Source of the DNA: Felis catus
Taxonomy: Eukaryota
Assembly: GCF_018350175.1 (NCBI RefSeq)
Contig: NC_058368.1
Coordinates: 107,076,001-107,140,000, forward strand
Direction: 5' to 3'
DNA length: 64,000 nt
In this document: piece by piece, positions 12,931-25,868 of the stretch
How positions within the stretch are numbered: position 1 is the stretch's first letter
How the letters are laid out: the number at the start of each line of letters is the position of its first letter
Translations under genes and position numbers: made by a program
Notes under the pieces: generated by a model
What the model was told of the DNA's origin: nothing
The model's database searches: none
The model's input: the letters and a program-made list of their open reading frames with translations, nothing else

Positions 12931-15900
12931 CCAGAAAATAACTTCAGCAATTTAAGAGACTATGCAGAGACATTATTAACATAGTTTGTGTTTTCTAGTT
13001 AGTCAGTCAACAAACATTTATACGAAGTGATGAGGCGCTGAACTGAGAATTGGGGATAGCCTAAAATTATGCACGAAACCTGTCTCTGAGGACCTTATTT
13101 TTGTAAAGGGAGACTGTTGCTGGCAGCTGTAGATTTCTGCACATGCTTGGATGCTACTGGAAATTCAGCGACACTGTTTTACACATCTTCTCATCTCTAG
13201 CTAATGCAAAAGCGTGAAAGGGTGCCTCCCCTAGAGCAACTCTCCGTGTGCCTTGTTTAACCAACAATGACTAAATCATTCTGGCAAGAGACAGATTTTC
13301 CCTTATGAATCAGTTTGGAATTTTGACTGAATTAAAGTAGGTAATTTGAACAAAAAGAACTTCAGTGCTGCCTGCTATCTATGGAGTAAATTAAATTACT
13401 TCGATTGATTTTAAAAATATATCCCCAGTCTCTAAATTTAAGAACATTCCAGAGTGTTTCTAGATTACCTCTCTGAACCCTCAGAGCCCAAAGGCCAGTT
13501 ATCTACCTCCTTATTCCCTAAATTTACCCTGGTGGTTATTGACACAAATCCTTTGCTGTAGGGTTTTCCGTGCCTGGAGTGTTTTTGCTGCTTTGGCAGA
13601 TCTTAACTCGTATTTCACGTCTGGCTCAAGTCAACTTCCCTGGCAAAGGCATTTTCAACTGTTCTCATCCCTATTAATCATCCTTTCCCAGAACTCTTTA
13701 GCCCATATTGTTTCACATGTCCTTGCTGCCCAAACTTTTGTATACTCATTCGTCTCTATCCTCAATGTGTGACTATATTTTCAAATAGGCTGTACACCTC
13801 TGATGGTAAGGGATCACATCGTCTCTTCATTCTGTTTGTTTGTTTTGGCAATGCTCGGCTGGTGCTACAGATCCAACTGGCATTTAATGTTCTTTGGTTC
13901 AGTTAATAAATTCAATTACTAGGTGAGCATTTCTAATTTTTAGGGACCAACAACTGTGGTTATTTACCTTCTTTCAAGGTGAAAGCTCATTAGACTAGGA
14001 CTAATTCATCCACACTGAGTATTTCAATGGGGAGGGATGTTACCTTTGAGAATAGGGGAGAGATTCTAAGCAGAAATCTCTGCTTCTGATGACTGTTAAT
14101 CATCTCAGAGACAAAGGGCCAAAGGCACAAAGTTTTTAGTCCTAAGGACTCTGCAGTGAAAGAAGTTGCACTTATACCTGGTTTGATACTTAAATTTTAA
14201 ATATTCAAAAAAGGGTAACTGATTCTAATTAAAATGAGAACTGTCATGTTGAAATCTGTTAAAAGCTTAATTGAACATAAAATGTACATATAATATCATC
14301 GCCACGAACATGTGGACTGTCATATTGTTCCATTCAGTCTAATTTTCTTTCTGACGATGTCATCATGGGCCCTGTGCTTTTTGTTTTGTTTTTTGCCTTT
14401 AACTAGATAATAAGACTTAACTGTGCCTAATTTCCTGAAATACACCATTGTCAGGGTGCCATCTGTAAGCATATATAAATATAGTTTCATCTTTTTCCAC
14501 TTTTTTTATGACCTCAGTAACAAAATCCATATATAATATTTATACCATAATGTTACCTTCTGTTTAACCCAATACTTAGTTTGCGAACTACTATGAAAGG
14601 TAAGTGATGTGCAGGGCATGGGGAGAGTTCCTCAGTGTCTGAAGTGAATAATGTTCTACTAATATGTGCCTGTGATCACTCTTTGCATTTGGAGTGCCCT
14701 TTGACCATTTCCTGCCCAACATCATGGTTTGAACTCAAATTCCTTCAGTAGACCTTTCTTCAAAAGGGTTGTTGCTCATATGCTTATGTGTTTTATTTAT
14801 ATTTAGTATTTTAATGTATGTTCATTTGGAAAAAACAACAAAAAGGAGTTTTCATTTAAATGAAGAATTTATTAATAGTTCCAGCTATATAAATGCCAAA
14901 GCATTCTAAGAAAATCCCAGTGTCTAAGCGGACTTTAGAGTTCTAGAAAGATAGAAGGGCGAAAAATCATGCAAGAGAGAGGGGATGCCTTGAGGACACT
15001 TAACACTGTCCCTGGAATGTTTCCCTTCCCACTTTCTATTTCTGGTATTCCAGGATGTGGTAGAACAAGCCCAGTTTAGTCCTCATACCCTCACAGGGTA
15101 TATATAGAAGGAGGTACCCTGATATTTTTTCATTAACTGAAAATTCTTGGTGTTAGTGGCCCTTCTTTGTTTGGTAGAATTCTTCATGTTTGTTTTAGGA
15201 GCTCTGTTCTGGGAAGTCTTTGCCATGAAAACAATTACTGGCCTATTGCTGTAGGCAAGTGTGTGTGAGTAGATATGCATGTGTGTGTGTGTTTGTGCCT
15301 TTGTGTTATTTGTGTATCTGGATGACTATGGGAAAATGCCTTGCAGAAATACGACTCTCAAAAATACTTCCCCCATCCATTGTGCACTCAAAATCAGGCT
15401 GTAGTTAAGTTCAGGAATAAATAGGGAGACTCTTCTCTTGATTCCTCTCCCACTGTCCAGTTCTTAGATATTGCCATCTTGCTTTCTGTCTGTTGCCTGT
15501 ATGCTCTGGTTGCTTGGGTCTTAATTTTGTGCCTTGTGTCTTCTTATGGCCGTCACCTCTGTCTTGCAGGCTTGTCTTGCCTGCTTTGCTCTTTTCTCCC
15601 ATGCACTTCCTTCTCCCTTCTTACAAGACCTTTAGCCCACTGACCGGACCTTGTGATGAGTCACTCAGCTTTCTCATCTCATGATGAGCCTCATGCCTTC
15701 TCTTGCCCTCATGTGGTCATTCTAACCATCTCACATGATGGTCCCTGATTCTCTCTCCCCTTTGATGACTCTTTCATTAAGTGCCCCTATTGTGAGTTAT
15801 CCTTTAGATGTGGTGTTTATAAACCTTTGTACCATAGATTCTGCCTATGCTAATGATGCCTTATCAGGAATTTAGTCATATCCACCATGATTGTTGATTC

Positions 15901-16212
15901 ACAACATATCACTCAATGCAAGATCGTGTTTTCCAAAAAGAACCCATTCCTGTTTTATTCCTTCTAATTATCCTTTTTATGAAGAATTCTAAAGAGGATC
16001 CAGAATTTTATTGTAATTCTAGCTTAGCTACCTCTAACTGCATATTAAAGTGAACTGAGCATATTTTGTATGTCTTTATATATCTCTGAATTATATTCTT
16101 TTATGATTAGCTATTTTCTGAATATAAAACTCTCCTGTTCTAATGAATATAAACTGTTTCTTTTTGAATAGTTGCTAAATTTTTGAGATAATTTCAAATT
16201 ATCTTCAGGATA

Positions 16213-16265
16213 ATTTTCTTCAAAATTATCTTTCAAAATTTTCTTTCAAAATTTTCTTTCAAAAT
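16213..16265. repeat. 13-bp tandem repeat (ttttctttcaaaa), about 4 copies
   Basis: Read directly from the sequence. Confidence 0.85.
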
Positions 16266-17484
16266 GGTTATGTTTTTCTCCCTCTCTCTTTCTACTACCC
16301 ATTGTTGTTTGGTATGATTTCTGTTAGAGATTTTCAGCAGTCTATATTTCCTCAGTTTTTGCAGGCAATGCTTTGATGAAAGGCCTCATTTCCTCTTCTG
16401 GTAGAATGATGAACTGCACCCTCGCAGTCCATGTCCTTTCCAAATGATGGCTTCTACAGTATTCTTTCTAAAACATGTCATTCTTGATAAGGCATTTTCA
16501 TGCTTAGAGTTTTTGAATATCTCCCCATTGACAAAAACTAGACGAGACGGCAAGATCTGCCCCAGCTTATATTTTCAATAAATATTACCCTATTTCCTGT
16601 AAAACCCAAACGACTTGTGTTTTCTTTTATAATGCTATGCTATTTCACAATACCATGACTCTTTATACACTAGAACCCCCGTCTGGAATGCTTTTATTTT
16701 TGTCTGTTGGGCGAATCCCTATTTGCCATGCATTCTTAATAGATTGATACCCCTGAACTTTTTATAGTTGTAAAAATAACTTATTATCCCAAAGAACTGG
16801 ATATAAAATATAGAATTTCAACATCTCTGTTTTATAGTAAATAGGGTTTTCTGGCACAGAGCTTAATCTAGTAGTCCTAAATCAGAAGGGAAACATTTTA
16901 GCTTTTGAAGCCCTTTACACAGATTTGGTTACAACCTCAGGCCTGGTCTTCCTTGTGAATCACGCATAAGGGATGGAATGTGCCAGTCTGGGTGTGCAAA
17001 TTATCACCACAGGAAGGAGAAACTCACTGGTCCTTTTGTGGTCTAACTCTGAGTTGGACCGGTCAGAGAAACAGTAATTTCAATGGAAATACTTGAAATG
17101 TGTTTGTGCCCACCCCTACCCTCTAGTGCTTTTGATATAGTTCCTGTTACTCATCTTTAAACTGGGATTTTAAAACATCAGAAGCTTTTAAATTATCTCT
17201 GCTGAAATGCAAATACCATGGGTGGGGGTCAAAAGCATAGCATAGCTATAAGGGGTGCACTGAGGACAGAAAGCTGAGCATGGGGCTCCTTCATCAGGTG
17301 GTGTGGTGAGCAGAACAGGAGATGGTGAAAGAATCCTAGCAGCAGCACTGTAGAGTGTGACCTTTGTTCTTTCTGCAGAAAAGATCTAAATTTATAATTT
17401 ATGCTGAAAAATATGCTATTAGCATCAAATACAGGGTAGAGAAGTCATGTTAAGCATGATGACATTTAAAACCTAGTAAGACTA

Positions 17485-17698
17485 GGGGCACGTGGGTGGC
17501 TCCGTTGGTTCAGTGTCTGACTGTTGGTTTCGGCTCAGTTCATGATCTCACAGTATGTGAGTTCAGGCCATGCATGGGGCTCTGTGCTGACAGCGTGGTG
17601 TCCCCTGGGATTCTCTCTCACCCTGTCACTCGGCCACTCCCCTGCTCGCTCACTCTCTCTCTCTCTCAAATAAATCAACTTAAAACAAATAAAAAAAC
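17485..17698 (+). mobile_element. CAN-SINE (older)
   Basis: Full body; TSD aaaacctagtaagacta on both sides. Confidence 0.95.
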
Positions 17699-18165
17699 AA
17701 AACCTAGTAAGACTATAGTTTCCATTGTTTCTGATACAGTAGCAATAGCATCTACCCAGAACTTTAGGTTATAAACTGTGTGTAATTATTACTTAAATAT
17801 GGTTACTTCATAATTTATGATGTGACAAAATGACTTCTACTTGACCTTTAACTTGTAAAGGAAGTAGCAGGTTAAAGAATGTAACCAAAGCATCGATTAT
17901 CAGCTGACTGTACTGATCTTTAATGCTAAAACGCTACTAGTTTACACAATAAGGAATTATTCATATGAAACAAAAACATTTTTGGAATTTTGTCTCAGAT
18001 GGTCAAATAGAAATTTTAAAAAATGCTTTCCCTAATCTGATTATTTTTTTAACTTTATCAACAATGTTTTTCTGTAAATGATAGTATGTCATTCTGTATT
18101 TGAAATATTTTCCTTTGAAGCTTTCCATATGGTCAGCATAGTGAGGCAATGAAGAAATTACTTGA

Positions 18166-18227
18166 GGGGCATCTGGGTGGCTCAGTCATTTAAGTATCCG
18201 AATCCTGGTTTTGGCTCAGGTCATGAT
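18166..18227 (+). mobile_element. CAN-SINE 5' head, interrupted
   Basis: ggggcatctgggtggctcag...ggtcatgat, then an abrupt switch to non-SINE sequence. Confidence 0.9.
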
Positions 18228-18352
18228 CCTTTGTTCTTTTTTGCAGAAAAGATCTAAATGTATAATTTATGCTGAAAAATATGTTATTGGCATAAAACAG
18301 AGCGTAGAGAAGTCGTGTTAAGCATGATGACATTTCAAACCTAGTAAGACTA
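18228..18352 (+). repeat. Direct duplicate of unique sequence 17361-17484
   Basis: cctttgttct...gcagaaaagatctaaat...aaacctagtaagacta appears at both places with scattered substitutions. Confidence 0.95.
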
Positions 18353-18353
18353 T

Positions 18354-18522
18354 GGGGCACCTGGGTGGCTCAGTCATTTAAGTGACTGACTTCGACTCCG
18401 ATCATGATCTCACGGTTCATGAGTTCGAGCCCCGTGTCAGACTCTTTGCTGACAGTTCAGAGCCTGGAGCCTGCTACAGATTCTTTGTCTCCCTCCCTCT
18501 CTGCCCCTCCCCCCACTCACAA

Positions 18523-18560
<38 letters not shown>

Positions 18561-18602
18561 TCTCAAAAATAAATGAACATTAAAAAACATAATAAAAAAA
18601 AT
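18354..18602 (+). mobile_element. CAN-SINE
   Basis: Full body; flanked by aaacctagtaagacta at 18337-18352 and 18604-18619. Confidence 0.95.
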
Positions 18603-18619
18603 AAAACCTAGTAAGACTA

Positions 18620-18830
18620 GGGGTGTCTGGCTGGCTCAGTTGGTTCACTGTCTGAATCTTGGTTTCGGCTAAGGTCATGATCTCATGGTATGTGAGTTCA
18701 AGTGCCTCATTAGGCTCTGTGCTGATGGTGCAGAGCCTGCTTGCGATTCTCTCTCTCTCCCCCCCTCTCTGCCTTTCCCCTGCTCATTCTCTCTCTCTTT
18801 ATCTCTCTCTCATTTTAAAAAAAATTAAAA
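18620..18830 (+). mobile_element. CAN-SINE (probably chimeric)
   Basis: Full body; the head shares variants with the 17485 copy. Confidence 0.92.
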
Positions 18831-18919
18831 ATGAATTACTTTTAACCCATCTTTCTTATGAGATTTCTCTTCAGTGATGATGACATTGATGATGATGGTA
18901 TTATGATGATTATGGTATG

Positions 18920-19130
18920 AAATTTCAGCTCATGTTATGTGCAAATCCATGTTCTAAGGATTTTGTATAGGTTGTTTCATAGATTAAAGGAAATGGTTTA
19001 TCAGGTAGAGGCCATCATGTTCCTCTTTATGCAGGGAGTCTGAAGCTTGGGGAATTGAACTAACTTGCCCACGTTAGTAAATGGCTGCAATCAGAGTTGC
19101 ATCCCAGATGGTCTGACCTAATTCTATGTT
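18920..19130 (-). mobile_element. MIR fragment
   Basis: 'ctgaagcttggggaattgaactaacttgccc...agtaaatggc' antisense MIR motifs. Confidence 0.6.
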
Positions 19131-19138
19131 CTGTGTGT

Positions 19139-19191
19139 AAAAAAAAAAACAAAAAAAAGAAAGAAAGAAAGAAAGAAAAAAAAAAGGAAAA
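19139..19191. repeat. A-rich / (GAAA)n tract
   Basis: Read directly from the sequence. Confidence 0.9.
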
Positions 19192-20786
19192 TGAGAGCTT
19201 CTCTGATTGAAATTAGGGCCACAATCTATATCCATTTGCATAGCATCCCCAAATGTCTACAGGTTTCGTTGCATAATCTGAACTGAAAAATTTGTCTGAG
19301 CTTTCTGTTTCATAAATTCAGACACTGCTGAATAGAGAGACCATGTGACTGCCATGTGCCTTCTCGGGGTCACATATCAGTAGCCAGTTAGGACTGAAAC
19401 CTCATTACTCAAGTCAAATGTTGTTTCTGCTACATGATTTGCCCTCATATTTAGTTTTACTTGAATGCAGCTTGTGTGTTTCAGGCATCTGTTACGTCAA
19501 CATCTGTCACATATTTGTCCATTACTTAATAGGCACTGGGGCCATCTCTTTCTCCACACTAGAGGTGACTCAGACACTTATTAAAGGCAATCCACTGTTA
19601 GGGGCTTTTTAGAGGCTGAATTCACTGGCTCAGACCTGAAGCCATTATATTAGCTCCCCTTGGATTGGGCAGGAGAACGCTTGAAAACTGTGTCAGAAAT
19701 GAAACAGTTGGCGAGAATTTCATCTTGCTCAAGAATACCAGCTGTCTTATTTGCTCTCATCTTGGTATAGTAGTTGGTTTGAAAATGTCCCTATCTTGGA
19801 CCCCCCGGCTATTGGAGATTTGCAGTGAAGGTCTCACAAAGAAGTAAGATGGGATCAGTCAGTTTGGAATTCGAATCAGTGTTTTGTGAACTGGAAATTG
19901 TACTGATTGGCAGAAGATTCCTGAGGAAGAGAGTACCTTAACACACAGAGTACCTTCACCAATTTGAATTGCTGAGTGAACCCTTTCCTTCTACCATCAA
20001 CAGATGTGGTGTCTTTGTAACTTTTCTCCCCACTGTGGATTCAGATTGTGTTCTCACGGTCAACATCGTTCCGTAGCTATCTTAGTCAATGAAGATTCCA
20101 GATTCTTGCACATTATATTTAGGTACCGGCCCATTGGGAGATCATATGTGTGTTCTGTTAACAGGTCAGGTATTGCCACTCTTAAAATCACATTCCCTCC
20201 TTACCTGCTGAAATAGGGGCAGATTCAAGAATTCAGGGTCTTTGTACTTATTTTAGAAGTATTGTCATCAACTTAACTTGGTATCAGAATTTTCTATGAG
20301 ATTATTCATGTGTGTATAGATGTATTGTTGGTATTAACGAGGCATAAATTTACTTAAAAGTCCTTATGCATTGTCTTCTGAAACAAAATTCTCTTTTAGT
20401 AAGAGTATAATGCAAAAGTAAACAAATTCTAAATGTTTAGGGTGAAATGCTCCATTTTTTGTAACATGGAGCATGTTGTTTTCCTCTGAACTATTTGAAG
20501 AACATTACGGAAAACATATTAAAAATAGGTGAAGGGTGTAAATTCTGAAAAGTAAAAGAAGCAGATGTATAGTGATTTGAGCTCAAAAACCATTCCTGTC
20601 TTGGTTTCATGTATAACATCCCAGGGAATATCTCAGATATTTGCTATAACAGATGTCCACCTAAAGACACTGTGAATTTTATGGGGATACTATAATCAAA
20701 TGTTATAAAAGGAGATGGTTGAATATCTGAGGACCTGGACTTTTCTTGAAATTGTGTATTGTTATCAATATTTAATATAGATCTTT

Positions 20787-20978
20787 TTTCTTAATGTTTA
20801 TTTATATTGAGAGAGAGGGAGAGAGCGCAAGTGGGGTAAGTGCAGAGAGAGAATCCCAAGCAGGCTCTGCACTTCAGGCTCAAGGCAGAGCCCGATTGAT
20901 ATGTGCCTCGAATTTCGAACTGAAATCAAGCCAAAATCAAGAGTTGGACACTAAGCAGACTGAGCCACCCAGGCACCC
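20787..20978 (-). mobile_element. CAN-SINE (older)
   Basis: SINE body; TSD tttaatatagatcttt. Confidence 0.94.
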
Positions 20979-21175
20979 TTTAATATAGATCTTTCTGATT
21001 GAAAGGTTTACATGTACATAAAAAATGTCACACATTGATTTATTTTTTAATGGTGGGATTTCAGTCTATGCATACAATGGTTTGTATTATCAACTTTCTA
21101 CTATGGCATTTTTACCTATGATGAAGAAAACTCTACTAACGTGAGAAGAATTTGTTAAAAAGAAGAGCTGCATAT

Positions 21176-21385
21176 GGGGTGCCTCGGTGGCGCAGTCTGT
21201 TAAGCGTCTGACTTCAGCTCAGGTCATGATCTCACAGTTTGTAAGTTCGAGCCCTGCATTGGCCTTTCCACTCTCAACGTAGAGCCTGCTTTGGATCTTT
21301 GATCCTCTGTCTCCCTCTCTCTCTGCCCATCCCCTGCTCATGTACACACTCTCTCTTTGCCTTTCAAAAATAAACATTAAAAAAC
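21176..21385 (+). mobile_element. CAN-SINE
   Basis: Full body; TSD agagctgcata / agagctacata. Confidence 0.95.
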
Positions 21386-21485
21386 AAAAAGAGCTACATA
21401 AACACATTGTTTTTCTTATGATGGTCTCTGACCGGGGGTGGTTCACTTGAGCAATTCTTTAAAAATGTCTAAAACTGTATTCTTT

Positions 21486-21712
21486 TTTTTTTTTTTTAAT
21501 TTTTTTTTTCAACGTTTATTTATTTTTGGGACAGAGAGAGACAGAGCATGAACGGGGGAGGGGCAGAGAGAGAGGGAGACACAGAATCGGAAACAGGCTC
21601 CAGGCTCTGAGCCATCAGCCCAGAGCCTGATGCAGGGCTCGAACTCACGGACCGCGAGATCGTGACCCGGCTGAAGTCAGACGCTTAACCGACTGCGCCA
21701 CCCAGGCGCCCC
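21486..21712 (-). mobile_element. Young felid CAN-SINE (SINEC_Fc-like)
   Basis: Full body; perfect TSD taaaactgtattcttt. Confidence 0.97.
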
Positions 21713-22182
21713 TAAAACTGTATTCTTTAATTTGTTAAGAGAAAGCAACTTTTTTGCTTATTAAATAGATATCAATAAGCCAGATATAAGATGTTATGGT
21801 ATATAAATGAGATGTTCTTGTTTGTTTTAGTTTTGCCTATTTTTGTTGAAGATAATAGTCTAATATTTTCATTGATGTCATTTAACTGAGCAGCTACTTT
21901 GCAAGGAAGAAGTATATGAGGTAGAAATTATAACCCTGCTTTACTTACAAGAAAGCCAAAGCACAGATAATTTTTTGTAAAATGACATTGCAGCAGTCGT
22001 ACAGGACATTGTTTTATTATTCCAATCTCCAGTGTCTTAAAGATCACACGGTTTAACATATCCCACTGGCCCCAAGGGGAAAATGAATCCAGAGAAAGTA
22101 ATTTAAATGATAGGTTATATATTCAACTACTGATTAGCAGCAAAATGATAAAGTATAAGCAAGCTTTTAAGGACAGTGCTTT

Positions 22183-22391
22183 GGGGTGCCTGAGTGGGCT
22201 CAGTCAGTTGAGCGTCTGACTTTGGCTCAGGTCATGATCTCGCAGTTTGTGGGTTCCATCCCCGCGTCAGGCTCTGTGCTGACATCTCAGAGCCAGAGCC
22301 TGCTTCAGATTCTGTGACGCCCTCTCTCTCTGCCCCTCCCCTGCTCACACTCTGTCTCTCTCTCTCAAAAATAAATAAACATTAAAAAAAA
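22183..22391 (+). mobile_element. CAN-SINE
   Basis: Full body; TSD ttaaggacagtgcttt / ttaagaacagtgcttt. Confidence 0.96.
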
Positions 22392-23869
22392 TTAAGAACA
22401 GTGCTTTGTTTGGACACAGACTATTTGGGACTAACAACCTTTGTGAAATCTTGATGCTCACTGCTATGGAAGCTCAAAACAAAGCCATTCCTTGTGCATA
22501 AAATGTATCTTTATCAGATAAGTTATCAAGTTATTTTATTAATTTTATTAACTCAATTAATTATATAAGACACATTTGTCACATATCACCTAAAGCTGGT
22601 GTCAGTTATCTGTAAGAAAATTTTAGCCATGTAGACAGACAATAAGTAAAATATGCTGTTGATTCATCAAAAAGTGAGAAAAGAATTCATTGAACAGCAT
22701 TTAACCAGGTTCCACATTTAGTGGTAACTATTCTCCTTAAAGAAGTTAAGTGTTCTTTTCACTTGGGAAGAAAATCAAAGATTGAAAAATGTTATTTTAG
22801 TATGGCCATACAAATGACAAAAGATTAATGATGAGATTATCTGCTCTACAACTGTAATTGAAAATAAGTATTTTTAACAACATACATGGAAATATTAAGC
22901 CCTTTCCTTGATTTTTGCTTGCTCAGCATTACCATTATATGTGTAAGGAAAAAGCAAAACAAATAAGTTATTTCAGGGGAAAAAGATAAAGCAGAGGTAG
23001 ATTTCCAAATGGAGCATATCAAATGCAGTACTGAAAGAAATCCATCTAAAATTTCTTTTACCACATGTCCTCAGCCCTTTTCCTTTCTCAGTTTTGTTGT
23101 TCTTGTTTCCCATTTAAATGCAATTTTTTTCTACAAAGGAACTATGTTAATTACTTATATAGGAGTTTACAATGCTGTGAATTGAACATTAGTTTTATTT
23201 ATTTTTAAATATTCCAAACTTGGGTTTCTAATGATTTTGTTAGCTTTCATGGTTGTGTTTTACTTGTGAGGAAAATGGCTGAAGTTCTGCTTCTAGTGAG
23301 CTATTTCTGGAATGTTTGTAGTATATCTTTGATCCCAAGCTTATAATAATGTCTAATAGAAACAATTTATTTTAATCACGCATAAATTATTTAATATACA
23401 GTAATTTGCCAGTGGAAATTATGCTAATATGAGTTTTTTAGTAGCTTCATTAATATTTTTCTCTTACATTAGATATATAAGAAGCTCCTTGAGCTTAAGA
23501 CCCAGAGGTAATTCATCTTTACATTTTCTAAAATGTAGCAGGCTCTGAAACATTTATTGAATTGAACACTAATTGTAAGAGTTTTCTAAACAGCTATGTA
23601 TTTATCTTTTAAAGTGTATGTGTATGTATGTAAATATTCTTGATTTTCATGGTCTTGTGAGGATGTATGAATTTGGTTTATAAAAGTAGAATAGGTTTGA
23701 TGTTACCATTTAAGGTATTCTAACATTCTTGCATTCGATACTGTAGTCTCTCTGTTTCCTACCTCTTAAAAACGGAGAGATTTAAGCTTTGTTAAGCCTC
23801 ATTTGAGTGTATCCACTGCTGGATTGAAAAGAAAAGGTAATTGTTATTTTTAACTCTCCTTTTTTAAAA

Positions 23870-24094
23870 TGTTTTATTTTTTATTTGATTTTTAAACTAT
23901 TTTTCTTGAGAGAGAGAGAGAGCACAAGTGGAGAAGAGTCTGGTACAGAGAGAGAGAGAGAGGAGAGAGAGAGAGAAAGAAGAGAGAAGAGAGAGAGAGA
24001 AAGAGAGAAAGAGAGAGGGAGAAGAGAGAGAGAGAAAGAGAGGGAGAGAGGGAGAGGAGAGGGAGAGGGAGAGGGAGAGGGAGAGGGAGAGGGA

Positions 24095-24140
<46 letters not shown>

Positions 24141-24229
24141 CTTAGGCTCCATCTCACAACCGTGTAGATCATGACCTGAGCTGAAATCAAGAGTTGGACA
24201 ATTAACCAACTGAGCCACCTAGGTCCCCC
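23870..24229 (-). mobile_element. CAN-SINE with greatly expanded (GA)n region
   Basis: T-rich tail, about 190-bp GA tract, partly deleted middle, head ...tgagccacctaggtcccc. Confidence 0.92.
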
Positions 24230-24234
24230 CCCTT

Positions 24235-24525
24235 TTAAAAAATGTTTTAAAAATTTGAGTATAATTGTATAGTATACAATGTTACATTAGTTTCAGGTAT
24301 ACAATGTGGTGATTCAACAATTCTATGCTATGCTCACCCTAAGTGGTGCTCCCATCTGTCACCATAGATTGGTATCATAATATCATTGACATTATTCTCA
24401 TGACTTAATCGTTTCACAACTGGAAATCTGTATCTCCCACTCCCCTTCACCCATTTTGCCCATCTCTCCAACATCCTTCCCTCTGGCAACCATCAGCTTC
24501 TCAGTATTTAAGAGTCTGATTCTGT
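24235..24525 (-). mobile_element. L1 3' UTR fragment (carnivore or older L1)
   Basis: 'tacaatgttacattagtttcaggtatacaa', 'ccctctggcaaccatcag', 'tatttaagagtctg' are L1 3' end motifs. Confidence 0.85.
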
Positions 24526-25358
24526 TTAAAATGGTTCTAGTTTTGAAATGTGTAACAAGGCTGGTTTAAATTTTGTGGTTTTGATGTGGCTCATCTGAAT
24601 ATGACATATCTGAGTGAAAGAATATATGTACATAAAAAAATCATCTCTATGTTAATTGTGACCCTTATCCTCTGGTTATTTTGAATTAAATTGAGAAAAA
24701 GAGGATTGTTCATTAACAGAAAATAGTGATATAGAAAGAAGGGATGTAGAAAGAAGGAGTTTTTACAAATTATGATAAGTACTTTCTCTGGGTATTAAAC
24801 AATAGTTAAAATTAGTAAGAGGTTTTTGAGTGAAATGTCACTTCAGTACATTATAATCCTACTCCTCATCATTTACTTTTAGGACAAATCTAAAAAATTA
24901 GGGGAAATATGAATGAAGGTATTTCTTGAAACATTGTTTATAATAGAGGAAAAAGTGGAAGCAACCTAAATATCTACTACTGGGTGTATTTTAAAAATAT
25001 CATAGCATATTGGTAAAATGTAACATGGTGCAGGCAATAAAAAGTATTATGTCTATTACCTGTATTTATTATTTTAGAAAGGTCTTCCTGATACATTATA
25101 AGATAAAAGCAGGTTGTGAAACAGCACAGGTTTAGAATTATTTTCTCTAGAGGGAACCATGTATTTGTATGCACAAACTATCCTGAAGATAATTTATAAT
25201 ATTAAAGAAGTTTGCCTTCAAGCACTAAACATTTTGCCTTTTTCTTATGCTGAAATGAATTTTTTACAGTGGCTATATATTATCTTAGCTTATCTAAATA
25301 TATAAAAATAGATTTAATCTACTTGGAAAAAAAAGAACAAACGGAGCATGTTTGATAA

Positions 25359-25557
25359 TTTTTTTAAGTTTATTTATTTATTTTGAGAAGGAGAGCATGA
25401 GTGGGTGAGGGACAGAGAGAGGAGAGAGAATCCCAAGCAGGCTCTGCCCTGCCAGCACAGAGCTCAATGTGAGGTTCAAACTCACAAGCCATGAGATTGT
25501 GAAGTGAGCTGAAACCAAGAGTCAGATGCTTAACCGACTGAGCCAGCCAGGTGCCCC
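25359..25557 (-). mobile_element. CAN-SINE
   Basis: Full body; short TSD ttgataa. Confidence 0.94.
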
Positions 25558-25781
25558 TTGATAAATTATTTTTAAGCTTGAATTATGGTTAGTATATGGC
25601 ATAAAACACAACTGTATTTATTTATTTACATATTTATTTAGCTATTGAAGAGGTCAGAGGGCTGTTAGTGTTACACTGTCATTAGAAAAATTGCTACGAA
25701 TTTAGTAGCAAGCAGTATAAACTAGAAATTAATTTAGTGTGAAAAATATCATATTAAATAAAATCATAAGTGAGGGTTAAA

Positions 25782-25868
25782 ATGGACTTATGGTTTAGAT
25801 CTCTCTTTTTCATATATTACATACTCATGGACTTATGATTTAGATCTCTTTTTATATATTACATACGC
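25782..25868. repeat. Tandem duplication, 45-bp and 42-bp units
   Basis: atggacttatg(g/a)tttagatctc...atatattacatac(t/g)c twice. Confidence 0.92.

Noticed and set aside
15675..15755. Possible C/D-box snoRNA (atgatga ... ctga about 70 nt apart)
   Set aside because: No terminal stem, no recognisable rRNA or snRNA antisense element, and such motifs are frequent by chance
17469..18619. Four copies of a 16-bp direct repeat, superficially CRISPR-like
   Set aside because: Irregular spacing of about 230-640 bp with SINEs in between; explained as TSDs plus a local duplication; eukaryotic DNA with no cas genes
23885..24218. ER-repeat and LS-repeat ORFs
   Set aside because: Translations of the (GA)n tract
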